From assembly GCA_964106645.2 (NCBI GenBank), contig OZ067045.1: 64,000 nucleotides of DNA, one strand, 5' to 3'. This DNA comes from Podarcis pityusensis (lineage: Eukaryota). The notes beneath the pieces were generated by a model. The model made no database searches. It was not told the DNA's origin and saw nothing but the letters and a program-made list of their open reading frames with translations. A program made the position numbers and the translations under genes. Positions 45,101 through 57,645 of this stretch are shown here, piece by piece. Each line of letters starts with the position of its first letter. The stretch's first letter is position 1.

Positions 45101-48100
45101 GGGGGTTGGACGAGATGATCCCTCCCAATGCTACAATTCCGTGATTCTATGATCCCTGGGCTACCTGATCATCATTTGCTGCAGCATTTGGGTCATTCAC
45201 ACAACTAACTTTCGCAGGACGTTCCTGTTCAGCTAATATTTGATTGTTCCCTCTTAGCACAGGATTGCAAAAGATAGGTGACACAGTCGCTGCTACGCTG
45301 CTTTGCTACATCTGTGCACGTCCTCTCTGTTCTGCTGCATTTTCACAGCACGGGGTGAATGAATTAGGGCAAGCTTCCTGGGTGCATCAGCCTGCAACTT
45401 CCTCTCTCCTTTTCTGGCCAGCTTCTCATCCGCAATTGCACTCTCAACCCTGCACTGCAGCCAAGGACACATTTCAAACAAGGAAGGCAACTTCAGAGGG
45501 AGTGGTTCAAGCGCTCTGGGACACCCCCAGCCCACTTTATATTTAGAATCATAGAATCATAGAGTTGGAAGAGACCACAAGGGCCATCGAGTCCAACCCC
45601 CTGCCAAGCAGGAAACACCATCAGAGCACTCCTGACATATGGTTGTCAAGCCTCTGCTTAAAGACCTCCAAAGAAGGAGACTCCACCACACTCCTTGGCA
45701 GCAAATTCCACTGTCGAACAGCTCTTACTGTCAGGAAGTTCTTCCTAATGTTTCCCTTGCTAAGGACAGATGCTGCCTCTTTTACCACAGAGGACCTTGG
45801 CTTGACATCTGCAACAGACACAGGTAGAGAAATTTAGCAGCAAGAGATTCTGACCCAATGCAGGCTCCAGCGTGATTCCAGATTTCAGGTGCTGAAAAGG
45901 CTGGATTTCAAAAGAGAAACACTAAACACGGTTCACCTGCCCGCTGTCTCTTTGCAGCTTCTGTAATTTAAACCAGAAAGATCATCTCCCGCAGCATATT
46001 CTACTTTCTCCAGCTGGAGCGGTCATTTATAAGTCTGAGTTAAACTGCAGCCTCCTTGGGGCAGGGGACCTCTCTTGCCCTATGAAGAAAGACTAAAACA
46101 CTTGGAGCTTTATAGTTCAACAACAACACTGAGGATCCAACTAGACACGGCACTAAACATCCCAGTTTAAACACCCATAAAATAACAATTATAGAAATAG
46201 CAATAGCAGCAGCAAGTGACTGGAGTGGGGCACTCCTGATTTTCAACATGAGAGGGGTGGGATTTGCACCAGGAAGGCAGCAGTGAAAAGGTTAAAGCTT
46301 CACATGTCAGAGAGAGTCAACGTGGTACCCCTCCAGATGTTGTGGACTACAACTCCCATAATTCCTGAGCACTAGCCATGCTGCTGTGGCTTTGGGGATT
46401 GTCATCCACAACTGTTCTTCCTGTTGCAACCAAGCAATCAACTAATAAACCTGTAATTAAATATAGTTTCCTGTATTTTTCTACGCTAGGAAACAAGAGT
46501 TACCCACTTAGGAGCAAGCCAAGGCATTAAGCCAATTTCAAACTGTGGTTTTATATCCTGGCTTATTCTGAAACTGCTAACTATAATTTCCTGGTTTGGA
46601 CGAAACAGGAACCGATATGGAATTAAGAGACTTCCTGGTCTGATTGCACATGTCAGAGAGGAAGTGGAGAAATGGACTGTGTGTGACAGTGAAACTTGTT
46701 CTGTCTCAGCTTCTGAAGCTGATGAACTAATAATAATAATAGCGCCCTGCCCATCTGACTGGGTTGCCCTAGCCACTCTGGGCAGATTCCAACAAAGTAT
46801 AAAAGCACAGTAAGACATCAAACATTAACATTTTCCCTATACAGGTCTGTCTTTTTCTTAAACACATATAGTTGTTCCATCATCAAATCCTTAGCCATTG
46901 ACCAAGCCCAATCTTAGCTCATTCTAGCCCAGACAGAGAAGAGTCTGCAGTGACCACTTCCTATTCCATGGAACGTTAAGCTGTTTCACTGCAAACCAGC
47001 ATGAGTGGCTTTGAGTTTAGAGGGTGAGGGTTTTGGTTTTTTTTTGGTGGGGAGGTGAAGGATGAGGCCAGGGATCTAAAGCAAAATACATTTCATAGCC
47101 TCTCGTAAGAACACACTGCAGATCAGCTGTAAAGGTGGTGCAAGGCACGAGGGCTTGAGTGCGCTTGTGACTGCATTGTACAAGGACAGAAAAGGACAAT
47201 TTGTGATCGAGTTGTCTAGGGACCTGAGGGCTTGTGCCTTCGTAGGCAGCTTACAGATGTTATGGACTAAAATGCTCATCCCTGATTGCTGGCTGGGACT
47301 GAAGGGAGATGCAACATCTGGATGGCAACACACTGGCTACTCCTGCCTGAAGCCAAGGTCTTATTTTGTGCCATTTGTTAAGAGCAACCTTGCTGAAACA
47401 GGTCAAGGTAGGTCCATCTGCTTCCAACAATTATCAGATGGAGATCTATGGCAAGAAGACGACAGCTGTCACAACTTGTTCACCCCCAAAATCTGGGTCT
47501 GCTGCACCTAATAAGGGAGCTTTATTGAGCTATCACACCTAACAGCCATTGGCAGAGCTGTCCTCCTATGTGACTTATTCTCCTGGAACATTTTCCAGCT
47601 TTGGGTCCTCAGATGTTGGGTTTGTTTATTTATTTGACAAGTATATAAACTGCTTCACAGCCCTTGAAACAGTGCACAAGAAAAGGTAACAATGAAGCAG
47701 AATACAAAAAAAGTACACAATCTCAAAAACAAAACCATCTCCACAATTTTTGTTCCTCTATGATTATCATTCTATCTTACTAACTATGCCATTATTATTC
47801 CTATTCCGATTATTATTATTATTATTATTATTATTATTTACTATTTACTGCCCAGATAAAAACATAAAAACCTATCATACAACATTGTTAAGATTCAGGA
47901 TAATTAAAAACACACAATCAAAGAATCCCATTACGACATTAAAATCTATATGACCATTTCTAAAGATGTACAATCTGTAGCTGAACCACAGCTCGCATCA
48001 CCTTTTACTATTGGCCATAGTCCAGATGTTGGACTATTGGCTGATGCGGTACAACATCCGGGGACCCAAGGCTGGGGCTACCAAGTTACTAAAGAATTTA

Positions 48101-48872
48101 GCACATGGCCTGCACAAATGGAAACTGTGCAGAGAGCCCAAGGGGATCTCCATTTTTATCAGACATGCAGGCAACTGATCTGGATCAAAAAAGCACAGCA
48201 GTCCTCTGAGGGCATGCCCTGGGATTCTTGCACCCAAAAACTAGCCCAGAATAGGACTGTGGCAGAAGAAAAGAACAGGGAGCTGGGAAAGGTACGGCAG
48301 TCCTTGCTGGGTCCCTTTGCCTCTTGCAACCCAGCTCTTCCAAAGAGGAAATGCCTTTACAAACAGAGAAGTCATGTCTGCCGGGAAAGTAGGAGCAAGA
48401 TGTCTCTGGTTTTACATTTGCAGCATCATAGGGGCTTATTACTCTGGGGCTGCCCAGGTTTCAGAGATGTACAGTCTCCCCCCTTGGGACTGGTTTGGTG
48501 GGCATCACTCAACACTGAACAGGAAGTGTTCCTGTTTGGAAATGCCTTTACATGGAGAAGGGCATTGCAGCCCAGCAGTAGAGGATCTCTGCTTTGAATG
48601 CAGGTCTCAGGTGCGTCTCCAGGTAAGGTGCATCTGCCAGACACTGCAGACAATCCTGAGCTCGATGGACCCATGGGCCGACTTTGCCCAAGTGTTCCTC
48701 TCTTCTACACAGAGAGCCTTTGCAGGGTGGGGGTCACCTTTACCTTGCCCTCCTAGCCTCGAACTACAGCGAGCTATGGTTCCTCAGTGGTGAGCAAAGA
48801 GCACTCTGTACATGCCCACCTGCCCCATCTCCAGTAAATCTAGTGCTGAGGCCTGGCTCACGTTAGTCTCTG

Positions 48873-48929
<57 letters not shown>

Positions 48930-50644
48930 AGCATGCCTTTCAGGAAATTGAGAGGGTTCATTCCCACATGCAACTGCACCCTCCTGATGTTATTGTGTGT
49001 GTGTGGAGGTTTTCTGGATTTTCTTTCTTTGCAAAGAGAGAGAGAGAGAGAGAATTCATTTTATTTTTCTGATCTGCACATTGCACAAAACAGTTCGGGG
49101 TTTGCAGCGCTGCAGGAAAACCGGAAAGATTTAAGGCAGCACATTTTCACCCAGCCAGCCTCTGCCCACCCCTGCCTGGATTTCCCTGCTCCTGGTGTGG
49201 CTCAGAATACTAATGACTCCCCTTCTTCTGTCAAAAGGGAGCAGAATTTAGTGGTGGTGACGTGGTGGTGGGAAAGGGGGAGGAGCAATAAGGTTTCCAG
49301 ACAGGTAAGGAAAACAAGGGAAAATCCCCTCCGTGCTCCCCACCCACCCCACAATACAGCTGCAGTCTCCGCAGGTTCCATTCATACATGAAAACTGGGC
49401 GGTGCAAATGAACTCATGCTCATGAGTGTACAAGGGGAGTGCATACAAAAGGGTGGGGGAGATTTAGATTTTCTGTATCTGGCATCCAAATGTCTTAAGC
49501 CCTGGCACCTTGGTGAAGTGGGGGGGGGGAGGAGAGAGAGAAAGAAGAGGGCACTTGAGAGAAATGGTGGCACCCCAAAATCTTTGCCCCCAGACCAGGA
49601 CTTGAATTACAAGTGGTTGTTGTTGTTGTTTAAAAAATGAAGTTCTAGAGAAGGCATAGAGGGGAGCCATCAATGGAACAGAACCATTGGGTGTGGGAAA
49701 GAGAAGAGAATGGGGGTCACTGGGGATTTATTTATTTGTCACTCAACCTCTCCCCAACCCCAGAATCCAAGCACTGCCCCAGACTTCAAACTTGCAGACG
49801 CAGCGCTGTAACAAAACACCCCATTTCTCTAGAAGTGGGGTTCTCCGCAACCTCTCTGTATAACCTTAAAAATACCTCTGACATGTTGATGTCGTACAAA
49901 GAAGGGCAGATCTCAAATTGTGGAAGAAAAGGTGTGTCTATGTGGGAGTTTATAGACCCCCGACTTCAACCCCTAATTTTAACCATATCCTATCTCCTCC
50001 CTGCGACCTTTTTAACGCCCCCACGCCCACGCTGTGGGGACCAGCATAAAATGTAAGGCAGCCCCTTCCATCCAATCGAACGGGGTTTCTCCTTCGGCAA
50101 CCAGAAATACCAAAGCAGACAAGCAGCCCCTGGAACGTACGAAACAGAATCAGAAAGGCTCCTGAGCTCGTACAGAGCGCATTTCTGTAGAGGGAGAGAG
50201 GGAAAAGGCTGCCCGGGTCAGAGCGAGGGGTGGGGCGGGTGCAGGAAGAGAAATTCCCCCATCGCAGCCTTTCCAGAGGGGGAAAGGAAAGCAAAAGCGA
50301 GAAGGCACTCTGCTCATGCTCAGAGGCCTCTTTGCCACTCACTGTCGAAAGAGCCGCTCCATGTCCTTGATCTGCCTCCGGGAGAACTCGCGGAACTCGG
50401 TGTAGGGGCTGAAGACGCGGTGCTGGGCGCCGCCGCCGGGCGAGAGCTGCGCGGGGTCGTTGAGCTCGGTGCGCCGCTGCAACTTGGCGCTCAGCTCGCC
50501 GTCGGCGCCGCTGTCCAAGGCCGGCGGCTCGGGCTCCGGTTCGGCCTCCGGGTGGTGCTCGGGCGGCTGCTGCTCGGCTTCGCCATTGTGCTCCTCCACT
50601 TGCAAGCGGCGGCTCAGCTTATCGGCCAGCTCGTCGGTGGCCAT
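25692..50644 (-). CDS. EFHD2: EF-hand domain family member D2 (swiprosin-1), 4 coding exons, 239 aa: join(50343-50644,32879-33026,27917-28051,25692-25826)
   Basis: [16 protein letters not shown]-terminus, [17 protein letters not shown], two EF hands, C-terminal coiled coil; 720 nt in phase; lies between FHAD1 and CTRC. Confidence 0.95.
26134..26484 (-). mobile_element. Sauria SINE with extra captured sequence at its 5' end
   Basis: Same family, full length. Confidence 0.9.
26572..26898. mobile_element. hAT-type MITE with internal duplication of about 60 bp
   Basis: Termini CATGGGTGGCCAAACT and AGTTTGCTGACCCCTG. Confidence 0.6.
26900..27157 (+). mobile_element. Solo LTR (258 bp)
   Basis: TGTTA...TAACA termini, 5-bp TSD CCTGT, TATATAA at 27045, AATAAA at 27096. 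Confidence 0.85.
27917..28051 (-). CDS. EFHD2: EFHD2 exon 3 ([45 protein letters not shown])
   Basis: 135 nt, AG/GT borders. Confidence 0.95.
29185..30353 (+). mobile_element. 5'-truncated L1-clade LINE (ORF2 C-terminus, 3'UTR, A-rich tail)
   Basis: Open frame to 29911 with the CWKC...HLWWTC zinc-binding motif; AATAAA near 30327; 21-bp TSD GAAAAGAGGAAGCTGCTGCTT (29164-29184 and 30354-30374). Confidence 0.9.
30714..31555. repeat. 122-bp tandem repeat array, about 6.5 units
   Basis: GTGGTTACAAAGCA recurs at 30719, 30841, 30961, 31083, 31205, 31327 and 31481. Confidence 0.95.
32018..32248. mobile_element. Tc1/mariner MITE, same family
   Basis: TIRs plus TA. Confidence 0.8.
32407..32620. mobile_element. 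Tc1/mariner MITE, same family
   Basis: TIRs plus TA. Confidence 0.8.
32879..33026 (-). CDS. EFHD2: EFHD2 exon 2 ([49 protein letters not shown])
   Basis: EF-hand loops, 148 nt, AG/GT borders. Confidence 0.95.
36330..36477 (-). mobile_element. tRNA-head SINE with CR1-type tail
   Basis: B box GGTTCGATCCC on the minus strand, (ATTCTATG)n tail. Confidence 0.65.
37598..37830. mobile_element. Tc1/mariner MITE, same family
   Basis: TIRs, left end slightly degenerate. Confidence 0.8.
37880..38735 (-). mobile_element. Degraded CR1 LINE fragment interrupted by MITEs
   Basis: Reverse complement of the CR1 segment at 44672 (TGGGCACCACA.TTTAAGAAGGATATTGACAAGCTGGAA). Confidence 0.6.
38068..38309. mobile_element. 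Tc1/mariner MITE, same family, inserted in a CR1 fragment
   Basis: TIRs plus TA. Confidence 0.8.
39097..39131. repeat. (GT)n microsatellite
   Basis: Seen directly. Confidence 0.9.
39881..40091. mobile_element. Tc1/mariner MITE, same family
   Basis: TIRs plus TA. Confidence 0.8.
42510..42857 (-). mobile_element. Sauria SINE
   Basis: Same family; imperfect TSD CTGCCA(T/G)TCTTTA. Confidence 0.9.
44672..45153 (+). mobile_element. CR1 LINE 3' fragment
   Basis: End of ORF2 ([13 protein letters not shown]) and (ATTCTATG)-type tail. Confidence 0.8.
45544..45753 (-). mobile_element. CR1 LINE 3' fragment
   Basis: (CATAGAAT)n tail; translation [33 protein letters not shown]. Confidence 0.85.
48880..48929. 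repeat. (CT)n(CA)n compound microsatellite
   Basis: Seen directly. Confidence 0.9.
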
Positions 50645-50810
50645 CGCGGACGAGAGGCGACCAGGAGACGAGCTGATCCGGCCCGAGCGCGCCTCCTCCC
50701 GCTCGCTCGCCCGCCAGCCGCCGGCTCCGCCCCGACCCGCTGACTGGGCGCGCCGCGGCGCGGATGGGCGGCCGCCGGACGATGCCTGCGCAGGAGACGC
50801 CCAGACAGGC
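50340..50810. promoter_or_regulatory. CpG island over the EFHD2 promoter and exon 1
   Basis: Very high GC and CpG density compared with the rest of the window; GC boxes (GGGCGG) near 50720-50770. Confidence 0.8.
50343..50644 (-). CDS. EFHD2: EFHD2 exon 1
   Basis: GCGATGG start in a CpG island, 302 nt, donor CA|GTGAGT. Confidence 0.92.
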
Positions 50811-50846
50811 GGGCATGGCAGCAGCAGGAGGAGGGGGTTTCTGCTA

Positions 50847-51245
50847 AGGCTTACTCCCGAGTAAGCCTGTAGGGAATCGCAGTGCAAGGAGGGAGAGGGA
50901 AAGCAGGGCTTGTGGGCAGCAGTGCTGGGGGGATGGACTCCAATGCGCCCTCTGCGGCTTACTCCCGAGTAAGCGTGTAGGGGATCGCGGTGCATGGAGG
51001 GAGGGAGAGAGGGAAGGAAAGAAAGAGAGGAGGGACCCACAAAATCCACCAGGGCTTGTGAGCAGCAGTGCTTTGGAGATGGACAAGAATGTGTCCTATG
51101 CGGTTTACTCCTGAGTAAGCGTGTAGGGAGTGGGGGGCAAGGTTGGGGAAACCCCACAGAATCCACCAGGTCTTATGGGCAGCAGTGCTTAGGGGATGGA
51201 CTCCAATGCGTCCTCTGCGGTTTACTCCCGAGTAAGCGTGTAGTA
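50847..51245. repeat. Degenerate tandem repeat with palindromic TTACTCC(C/T)GAGTAA core, 4 copies
   Basis: Copies near 50850, 50958, 51104 and 51221. Confidence 0.7.
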
Positions 51246-52959
51246 GGGGATGGAGTGCAAGGCTCTGGGGAGAGGGAACTCCATCCTTGAATTCTCTGGG
51301 ACTGCTTCCCTAGTAAACACGCACCCTGGGGTGCATTGCTTGGGAGTGATGGCTTTCTGTGAGGCCTGCTCCCAAGTATATGTGCAAAGGATCCGGGTGC
51401 AAGATGGACAGGAGCCCCAGAGAACCCGCTAGGGCTGGTGGACAGGGGTCAGGCTGCAGTGCTTGGAATGGGTGGCATTGTGTTGTCTTGGGTTTTGCTC
51501 CCCCAATAGGTGTGCAGTAACGAATTACCTCTTTGCAAGGCAGAGCATGCAAGGATTTGGGGGAGCTGCTGACACCCCACCAGGCTGCAGCATGGGGGTC
51601 AGGATGGAGGCAGGTCACAGCGTCCCTCCATAGCTTCTTTGGAAGAGCGGGCTGGGCCAGAGCTGACACTCAAATGGGCTAAAGTGGCCCAATCTAGCCT
51701 GATCTAGCCTCTGTATAGATGGAACATCCAGTAAATCCTCTCCATCAGATCTTGGTCCATGTTGCACTATCATCAAGGAGGGGATCTTCCTTCTTCATCA
51801 CAGGCCTCAACCTTCACTCAGCAAGAATAACCAGCCACACCCCAGTAGGACATTTGTCAAGATGATGGTGTCCAAGATCATATGGGGGAAACCAGGTTGC
51901 CGAATCTCAGAAGAATGTCCCTTGCAATTTACAAGTGTCGGAGGTTAAGAGCACGGTGATGAGCTTGCTGCATCAGGCCAATGACCCATCTATTCAGCAT
52001 CCTTTTCTCAGTGGCCAACCAGATGCCCTGTGGGATGTAGCAGCAGCAGCAGATTTGTAGGAGATATTATCAAGCCAGCGCCATCCGCTGACCTTTTCCT
52101 TGGTGACATTTGTACAATCTGTCTGGAGACTCATCAGTGGGCATCTTGTGGAGTGGGTTGGGGGTGGGGGTGGCGAAGATGGGGCAGATGTTAGTATGCA
52201 GAGATGTAAAACTGCTTACAAGCCCTGTCCGTGCCCCCCCCCCCAATTATTTCTTTTAAACTACAATGGAATCCTCAGTCCTGATTGTGAAAGAATTTTT
52301 TTTTAATGTTAAGGAAATTAATTGCTTGCAGAGCCATGGACTCAGTTTAAATACTTGAAAAATCAGTGCTTTTTTTTTGAGAGGAGGGGCAGCTAAATAT
52401 TAAAGCCTCTGGCACAGCTTTCTAGCTTCCATACTCTAGTGTAGGATCCCCCAAGATTCCTGCATTGCAGGGGGTTGGACTAGATGACCCATGGCGTCCC
52501 TTTCAACTCTACAGTTCTGTGTTTCTAACATGATACTTGTGGGCACAAAGGTTCCTGGATGATTGTCACCCTTTCTCACTTCCTCTTCCAGTGCAATGTG
52601 CTCTTGGAGGCTCAGGCCAATTCTGCCAGAACCCATTTCCACGCGGAACTGCAGAATAAATGAAGTATCTGCGTGCTTTTCTTACATTCTCTCTTACATG
52701 TCTCTCTGCAGGGAGAGAAGTGGCTGGAAGTTCGGAGCCCCCCCTCCTTGCACTTGCTCACCTGGCTATTTGGGGTGGGGTGGGGGGCTGGATTCAGTGT
52801 GCTCTCCCTCATTTGCTGTCAAACATCTGAGTGGCAGAATCAGCGATGGATGCCCTGCTAATTTAGTTGATTAATTCACAGAATAATCAGATTAACGCCA
52901 CAACAGATACCTAACTTCTAGGTAACAGAAAAAGCAAAGGAAGTAGTGTTAGCTTAATA

Positions 52960-53179
52960 CAGTGGTACCTCGGGTTAAGAACTTAATTCGTTCTGGAGGT
53001 CCGTTCTTAACCTGAAACTGTTCTTAACCAGAAGCACCACTTTAGCTAATGGGGCCTCCCGCCGTCGCTGCGCCACCACTGCGCGTTTTCTGTTCTCATC
53101 CTGAAGCAAAGTTCTTAACCTGAGGTACTATTTCTGGGTTAGCGGAGTCTGTAACCCGAAACGTCTGTAACCCGAGGTA
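52960..53179. mobile_element. Tc1/mariner MITE, same family, right TIR truncated
   Basis: Left TIR plus TA; ends at CCCGAGGTA followed by SINE-tail-like AAGGGTAAAGGTA. Confidence 0.8.
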
Positions 53180-53721
53180 AAGGGTAAAGGTATTGCCCTA
53201 CTATGGATTCTGGACTAATCCAGTTAAGACTACAATCTCCTCCTACGTGATGTCTTAAGACCCTGACAAAATGCAGTCTTCGCAGCATCAACATCAAGAA
53301 AGCTTTCTGCCTATTTCCCTTTCTTCACTGCTTTTCCTGATGAAGAGTTCTGGAGATATTGAAATCTTGCTTGCAGTTTTTATGATAGATGAGTATTTTG
53401 ACTGGGTATTTTGGTGTTTTTCTAGATATCGAAGTCCGACGGATGCACCAGAACTACTCTGTAGAAAGCAGTTGAAGTCATCCGTGTGCACATTAGTATA
53501 TCTTGCTGGGCAAGATAAAGCAAACGGCAAATTCAAGAAGTAAGAATAACGATAAACTTCCTTTTCAAGCGGTAGCAACCAAACTTGTACACACACAGTC
53601 TGTTCCAAATGTGGCCACATCATAGATCTGAATAAGGACATTTACATACAGTATATGCAGTATTTTTATTATTTATTTCAGAATAATTCCTAACAGTAGC
53701 ACAATTATACATGCTCAGAGG

Positions 53722-53812
53722 CATAGCTGTCAACTTTTCCCTTTTCTTGCAAGGAATCCTATTCGGAATAAGGGAATTTCCCTTAAAAAAAGGGGAAACA
53801 TTGACAGCTATG
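53722..53812. mobile_element. 91-bp hAT-type MITE
   Basis: TIR CATAGCTGTCAA, 8-bp TSD CTCAGAGG. Confidence 0.75.
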
Positions 53813-56533
53813 CTCAGAGGAGGCTGGCTGTTGAGCCTCTGCATGCATTACTGCTCTGGGCTTGCAGTCACCCTCTGTGGGGTCATTGTGGTCTCCACAT
53901 CAGGAGTGGTATCAGCGTCTAATCACTGCAGATATGCAGCAGGGTGACAAGCCCTCCTTCAAAGGCAGCCAGATACATGCTCTGCCGTGGATCTGGGCAC
54001 ACACAAAGGGCTTTTTAGTGACATTAGGGCATATGGTGGTAATGATTGCAGGGGGCTCCTTGGATGGGGAAGTGTTTTTGCTTGGGAGGGGGGACACAAA
54101 ACAGAGGCAGGCAAATTGCTTTAAATTCCACTTCGCCTATCCACTGCCTCTGACATCTGAGTTCTGATGAGCTTTCTCCTTTCCAGCTCAGCTTCTGTTT
54201 CCGCTGGAATCCCCTGCAGCGGTTATAATCCTCCGTTTGTGACACAGGAGCCTTTGCTGTGCAAGGGATTATGACGTCCCAGCGCTGGCATTCTTAATAC
54301 TGATTGCCCTGGCAGAGCTGGGTCACGCAGGAGAAGCGGCACTGCCAGCCTCGAGGGTTCAAAACCATAGTTTAGGCTGTTTGTGCATGATGTCCTTATT
54401 TGACAGCGACAGCCCTGATTTTTTAATGCTCGTCTCCAGAGAAATCTTTCTTTTGTCTTTTTGTATCCCTTGCTATGCTTTTGTTAGTGTATCAAAATAA
54501 GACAGGGCATTAAATGCATCCTTAGAAAGTGCATTGAAATAAAAATCGTAAGTGCAGAAGGGGAGATTTTCATTGGGGCTTAAAAAATAAATAAAATTAA
54601 TAATAAATACATAGGGGTGCCATTTTCTTTGGGACCACAGTGCATATGGAGGGGAAGTTTATGTCTTCCCTCCCCAGCTGGGATCCCAACAACCCACCCA
54701 CCCCTGGTTCCACTATTAGCCTTAAAGTAAAAGTCCCCTTTCCTTCTTCTTGTGGGGAAAGAACATAGGCACTTAGGAAACTGCCTTTACACTGAATGAG
54801 GCCTTCGGGAGAAATGTGCTCTAAAATGCTGACCATTTTTTTGTGTGCACACTTAAAAACAATAGCTGCAAATTGCTGTGGAAATGTGGAGAACTGAACT
54901 TAATAAGAACGGAACTGAAAAAATGAGAAACTGAAATAATATGAAATTGACATATTTCTCCATCTCTGTGCTGGAAACAAGCCTTTGATAAGGCGTTGTT
55001 ATGAGTACTGCCCTGAGGGTTTTTAGCATTGCCACTCCAGCCCTCTGGAATCAGTTGCCAATGGAAAGGGGACAAGTGCCTGGTGTTTTTGACATCTATT
55101 GGAGATGTTTTTGTTTAAGAAGACTTTCCCTGAAGGATGGCCTAGTCATTTTACGGAATTAATTGTACAACTGTAGAGATAGTATTATTGCTTTTAGGTA
55201 ATTTACTATGTAATCTTTTGTAGTCTATCTTGGTTTTATTATACATGGGTATGGTAACTTTTGGTTGCAAAACAGTTTAGGAATCTGCAAATAAAAAGTA
55301 AAAAATCCCATTTGGACTTGTGCAAAATGCTCACCCCTGTAATCGTACAGCTTGATCCCTTCGCAATCGTGGCAAACCAAGATTTGTACCCACACAGATC
55401 TGAGTCCAGATGGAGACGTGCTCTTCTAAATAATGGCTTTCTGGATTTCACAGAATGTTCATAACTTGGGCGCTGTATTTTTGAGATTCCTGGCAATATG
55501 CATTATTTGGATAGCTTTGATTTGTGCTTGTTGCTGCCTATTTTGACAACACCGAGGACGGTAACAGGTTGGTTCCACATGGCAGTTCTGGAGAGTCAGT
55601 GATTTCCTAAGAAAACAAGCCCCCCTGTCTTCATGATAGGAGGCCAATCTGGATGAGTGGGGGATTTTATTTTATTTTATTTAAGGATGGTGGTTTAATC
55701 TGTTTTGATGGATGACTGGGAGTGGTGGCAGTGAAAATGGGAAGAAAACCCTTTTCTGTAATTGAAAGTGTGAAGCTTTTCATTAACGTAACAGATTGTT
55801 TTATGGATGGCGGAATTATCAGAGAACATTTTGAATGGTATTAGAAGAGCAAAACTCATCTACAGCAAAAGAGGGAGATGATGTCAACGTCTCACTTAGA
55901 GCCTCAAGACGCAGATGCCAGGAGTTGGCTGCTGGCAAGGTCAGCTCGCGGAATTGCTGGGAACTAACGGGGGCCAGCAAACGGTTATTTTTGGAGGGTG
56001 TAATTAATGCTAACGGAACATGAACAAATTACTCCAGAATTTCTACTGGGAAGATCTGATGCCAACCAGTCTTCGCAGAACAGATGGGGATGGCTGTTGC
56101 AAAATGTTCCGAGGCAGAGGAGACGTGCAAGGTTGTGCGCTGTCCTGAAATAAACCCTTGTATATTGCAGAAAGAATGCAGATGTAGCCAAAGGGGCTCT
56201 GGAGTAAACCAGAAAGGTTCTTGGTTATCAGCACATCTGTATGTAAAACATCCTAATGATTTCTCCCAGGAGATCAATTCCCCTGGTCTTTCCCTGGGCT
56301 TCCCCCAACTGCGAAGGCAACAGTTATCAGTGACACAGTTCCATCTTTTATATGTGCTTTGTATGCCACATGTCTTTTATCCTGTCCAAGCACTGACCAG
56401 GCTCCGGCCTGCATAGGAACACAGGAAGTTAACCCCTTCCACCTTTCGCAAAGTTTAGGAACATGGGAAGTTTCCTTATACCAAGTCACACTGTAGATTC
56501 ATCTTGCTCAGGATTACCTACAATGGTTGTGGC

Positions 56534-56711
56534 CAATGCTTTTTTGGGGGCGGGGTATGCAAGGGTACGCATAGCCCTAAACATTTTGTGAATCTTTGTA
56601 CTTTTGTCCATTTACTGTATTTATTTTTCCTGATTTGAACTATAAAATGGTGATTTTCTGGAGTCAAAATAAGAGTACCCCTAAATATTTTTTTAAGAAA
56701 AAGAAGCACTT
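56534..56711. mobile_element. hAT-type MITE (same family as 21052)
   Basis: 8-bp TSD GTTGTGGC. Confidence 0.8.
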
Positions 56712-57549
56712 GTTGTGGCTCTTCAGGGTTGAGGACAAAAGACTTTCCCAACTTTATGTAGAGATGCCTCTGAATGAAAAACTTTCCCTTTGTAGGACTT
56801 ACTAAAACTCTGTTGACTCCAGATCAGCATTTAGCCAACATTCAAAGCTACTCCTTTGTGAGCTTGGTGCTTGGTATCTCCTGTTTTTGCTAGCTGTGGT
56901 CCTGGTCACCTGCTGTCTAACTTGGTGCCTTTTCCCATGCTTGGCCGAAATACTCCCGCAAACCTGCGTCTAAGATGGGAGGCAGATTTGGAAGAGACCT
57001 CAAGGATCATCTAGCTCAACCTTCCCACCATGCATGCATGCATAATTAAATAAATAAAATCTGTCAAATGATGATGTACAAAAGAACCAGGTCCACGATT
57101 CCAAAAGATGGGATTCCAGATTGGACAAAAGGTTGCATCCAACCAAGTCCTACTCAAAAGTAACACACTGAAATTCATGGACCTAGGTTAGTCATGACTA
57201 CCGCCATCAATGGGTCTACTTTGAGTAGGACTAACACTGGATACAATCCACCTCTCTTCCCTCCCCCACAAAAAAAACCCTGTTACAGGTGTCGGAAGAT
57301 CTTAAGAATTTATACATAATTTTGAGTGGAGTCTCTATACATTTCTCGTAATCAAGATACAATGTACCATATATGAGTATCATCTGTACAAATAAGTCTA
57401 TACATATATGTATATAAATAAATTCTGTATAATAAGACACCAGGTGTTTTATGCAATGTTGTAGCAGCATCTTCTATTTACAAGCTTAGACAAGGAGCTG
57501 GCCAGAATCTTCCTTCTCTGTCGCTTTCCTTGGGTAAGCAGAATTGTTC

Positions 57550-57645
57550 CTACGCAGAAGTGCTGCAGTGCACTCGTTTCTTACAGGTTGCTCCTGGCCC
57601 CGCAACCACCTGCTTTTCAGGGAATGGTTTCTTAGGGGCTGCCGT
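57550..57645 (-). CDS. FHAD1: FHAD1 candidate terminal exon (TAAPKKPFPEKQVVAGPGATCKKRVHCSTSA*)
   Basis: Strong polypyrimidine acceptor, phase 0; homology not recognisable. Confidence 0.4.
   Translation of the reverse strand, partial: TAAPKKPFPEKQVVAGPGATCKKRVHCSTSA

Noticed and set aside
47950-48597. 215-aa ORF in EFHD2 intron 1
   Set aside because: It has no recognisable domain or start context, begins in repeat-derived sequence, and is consistent with a chance ORF.
50645-51166. N-terminal extension of EFHD2 suggested by the 275-aa ORF
   Set aside because: It runs through the GC-rich promoter and repeat array; the conserved protein starts at MATDEL (50644).
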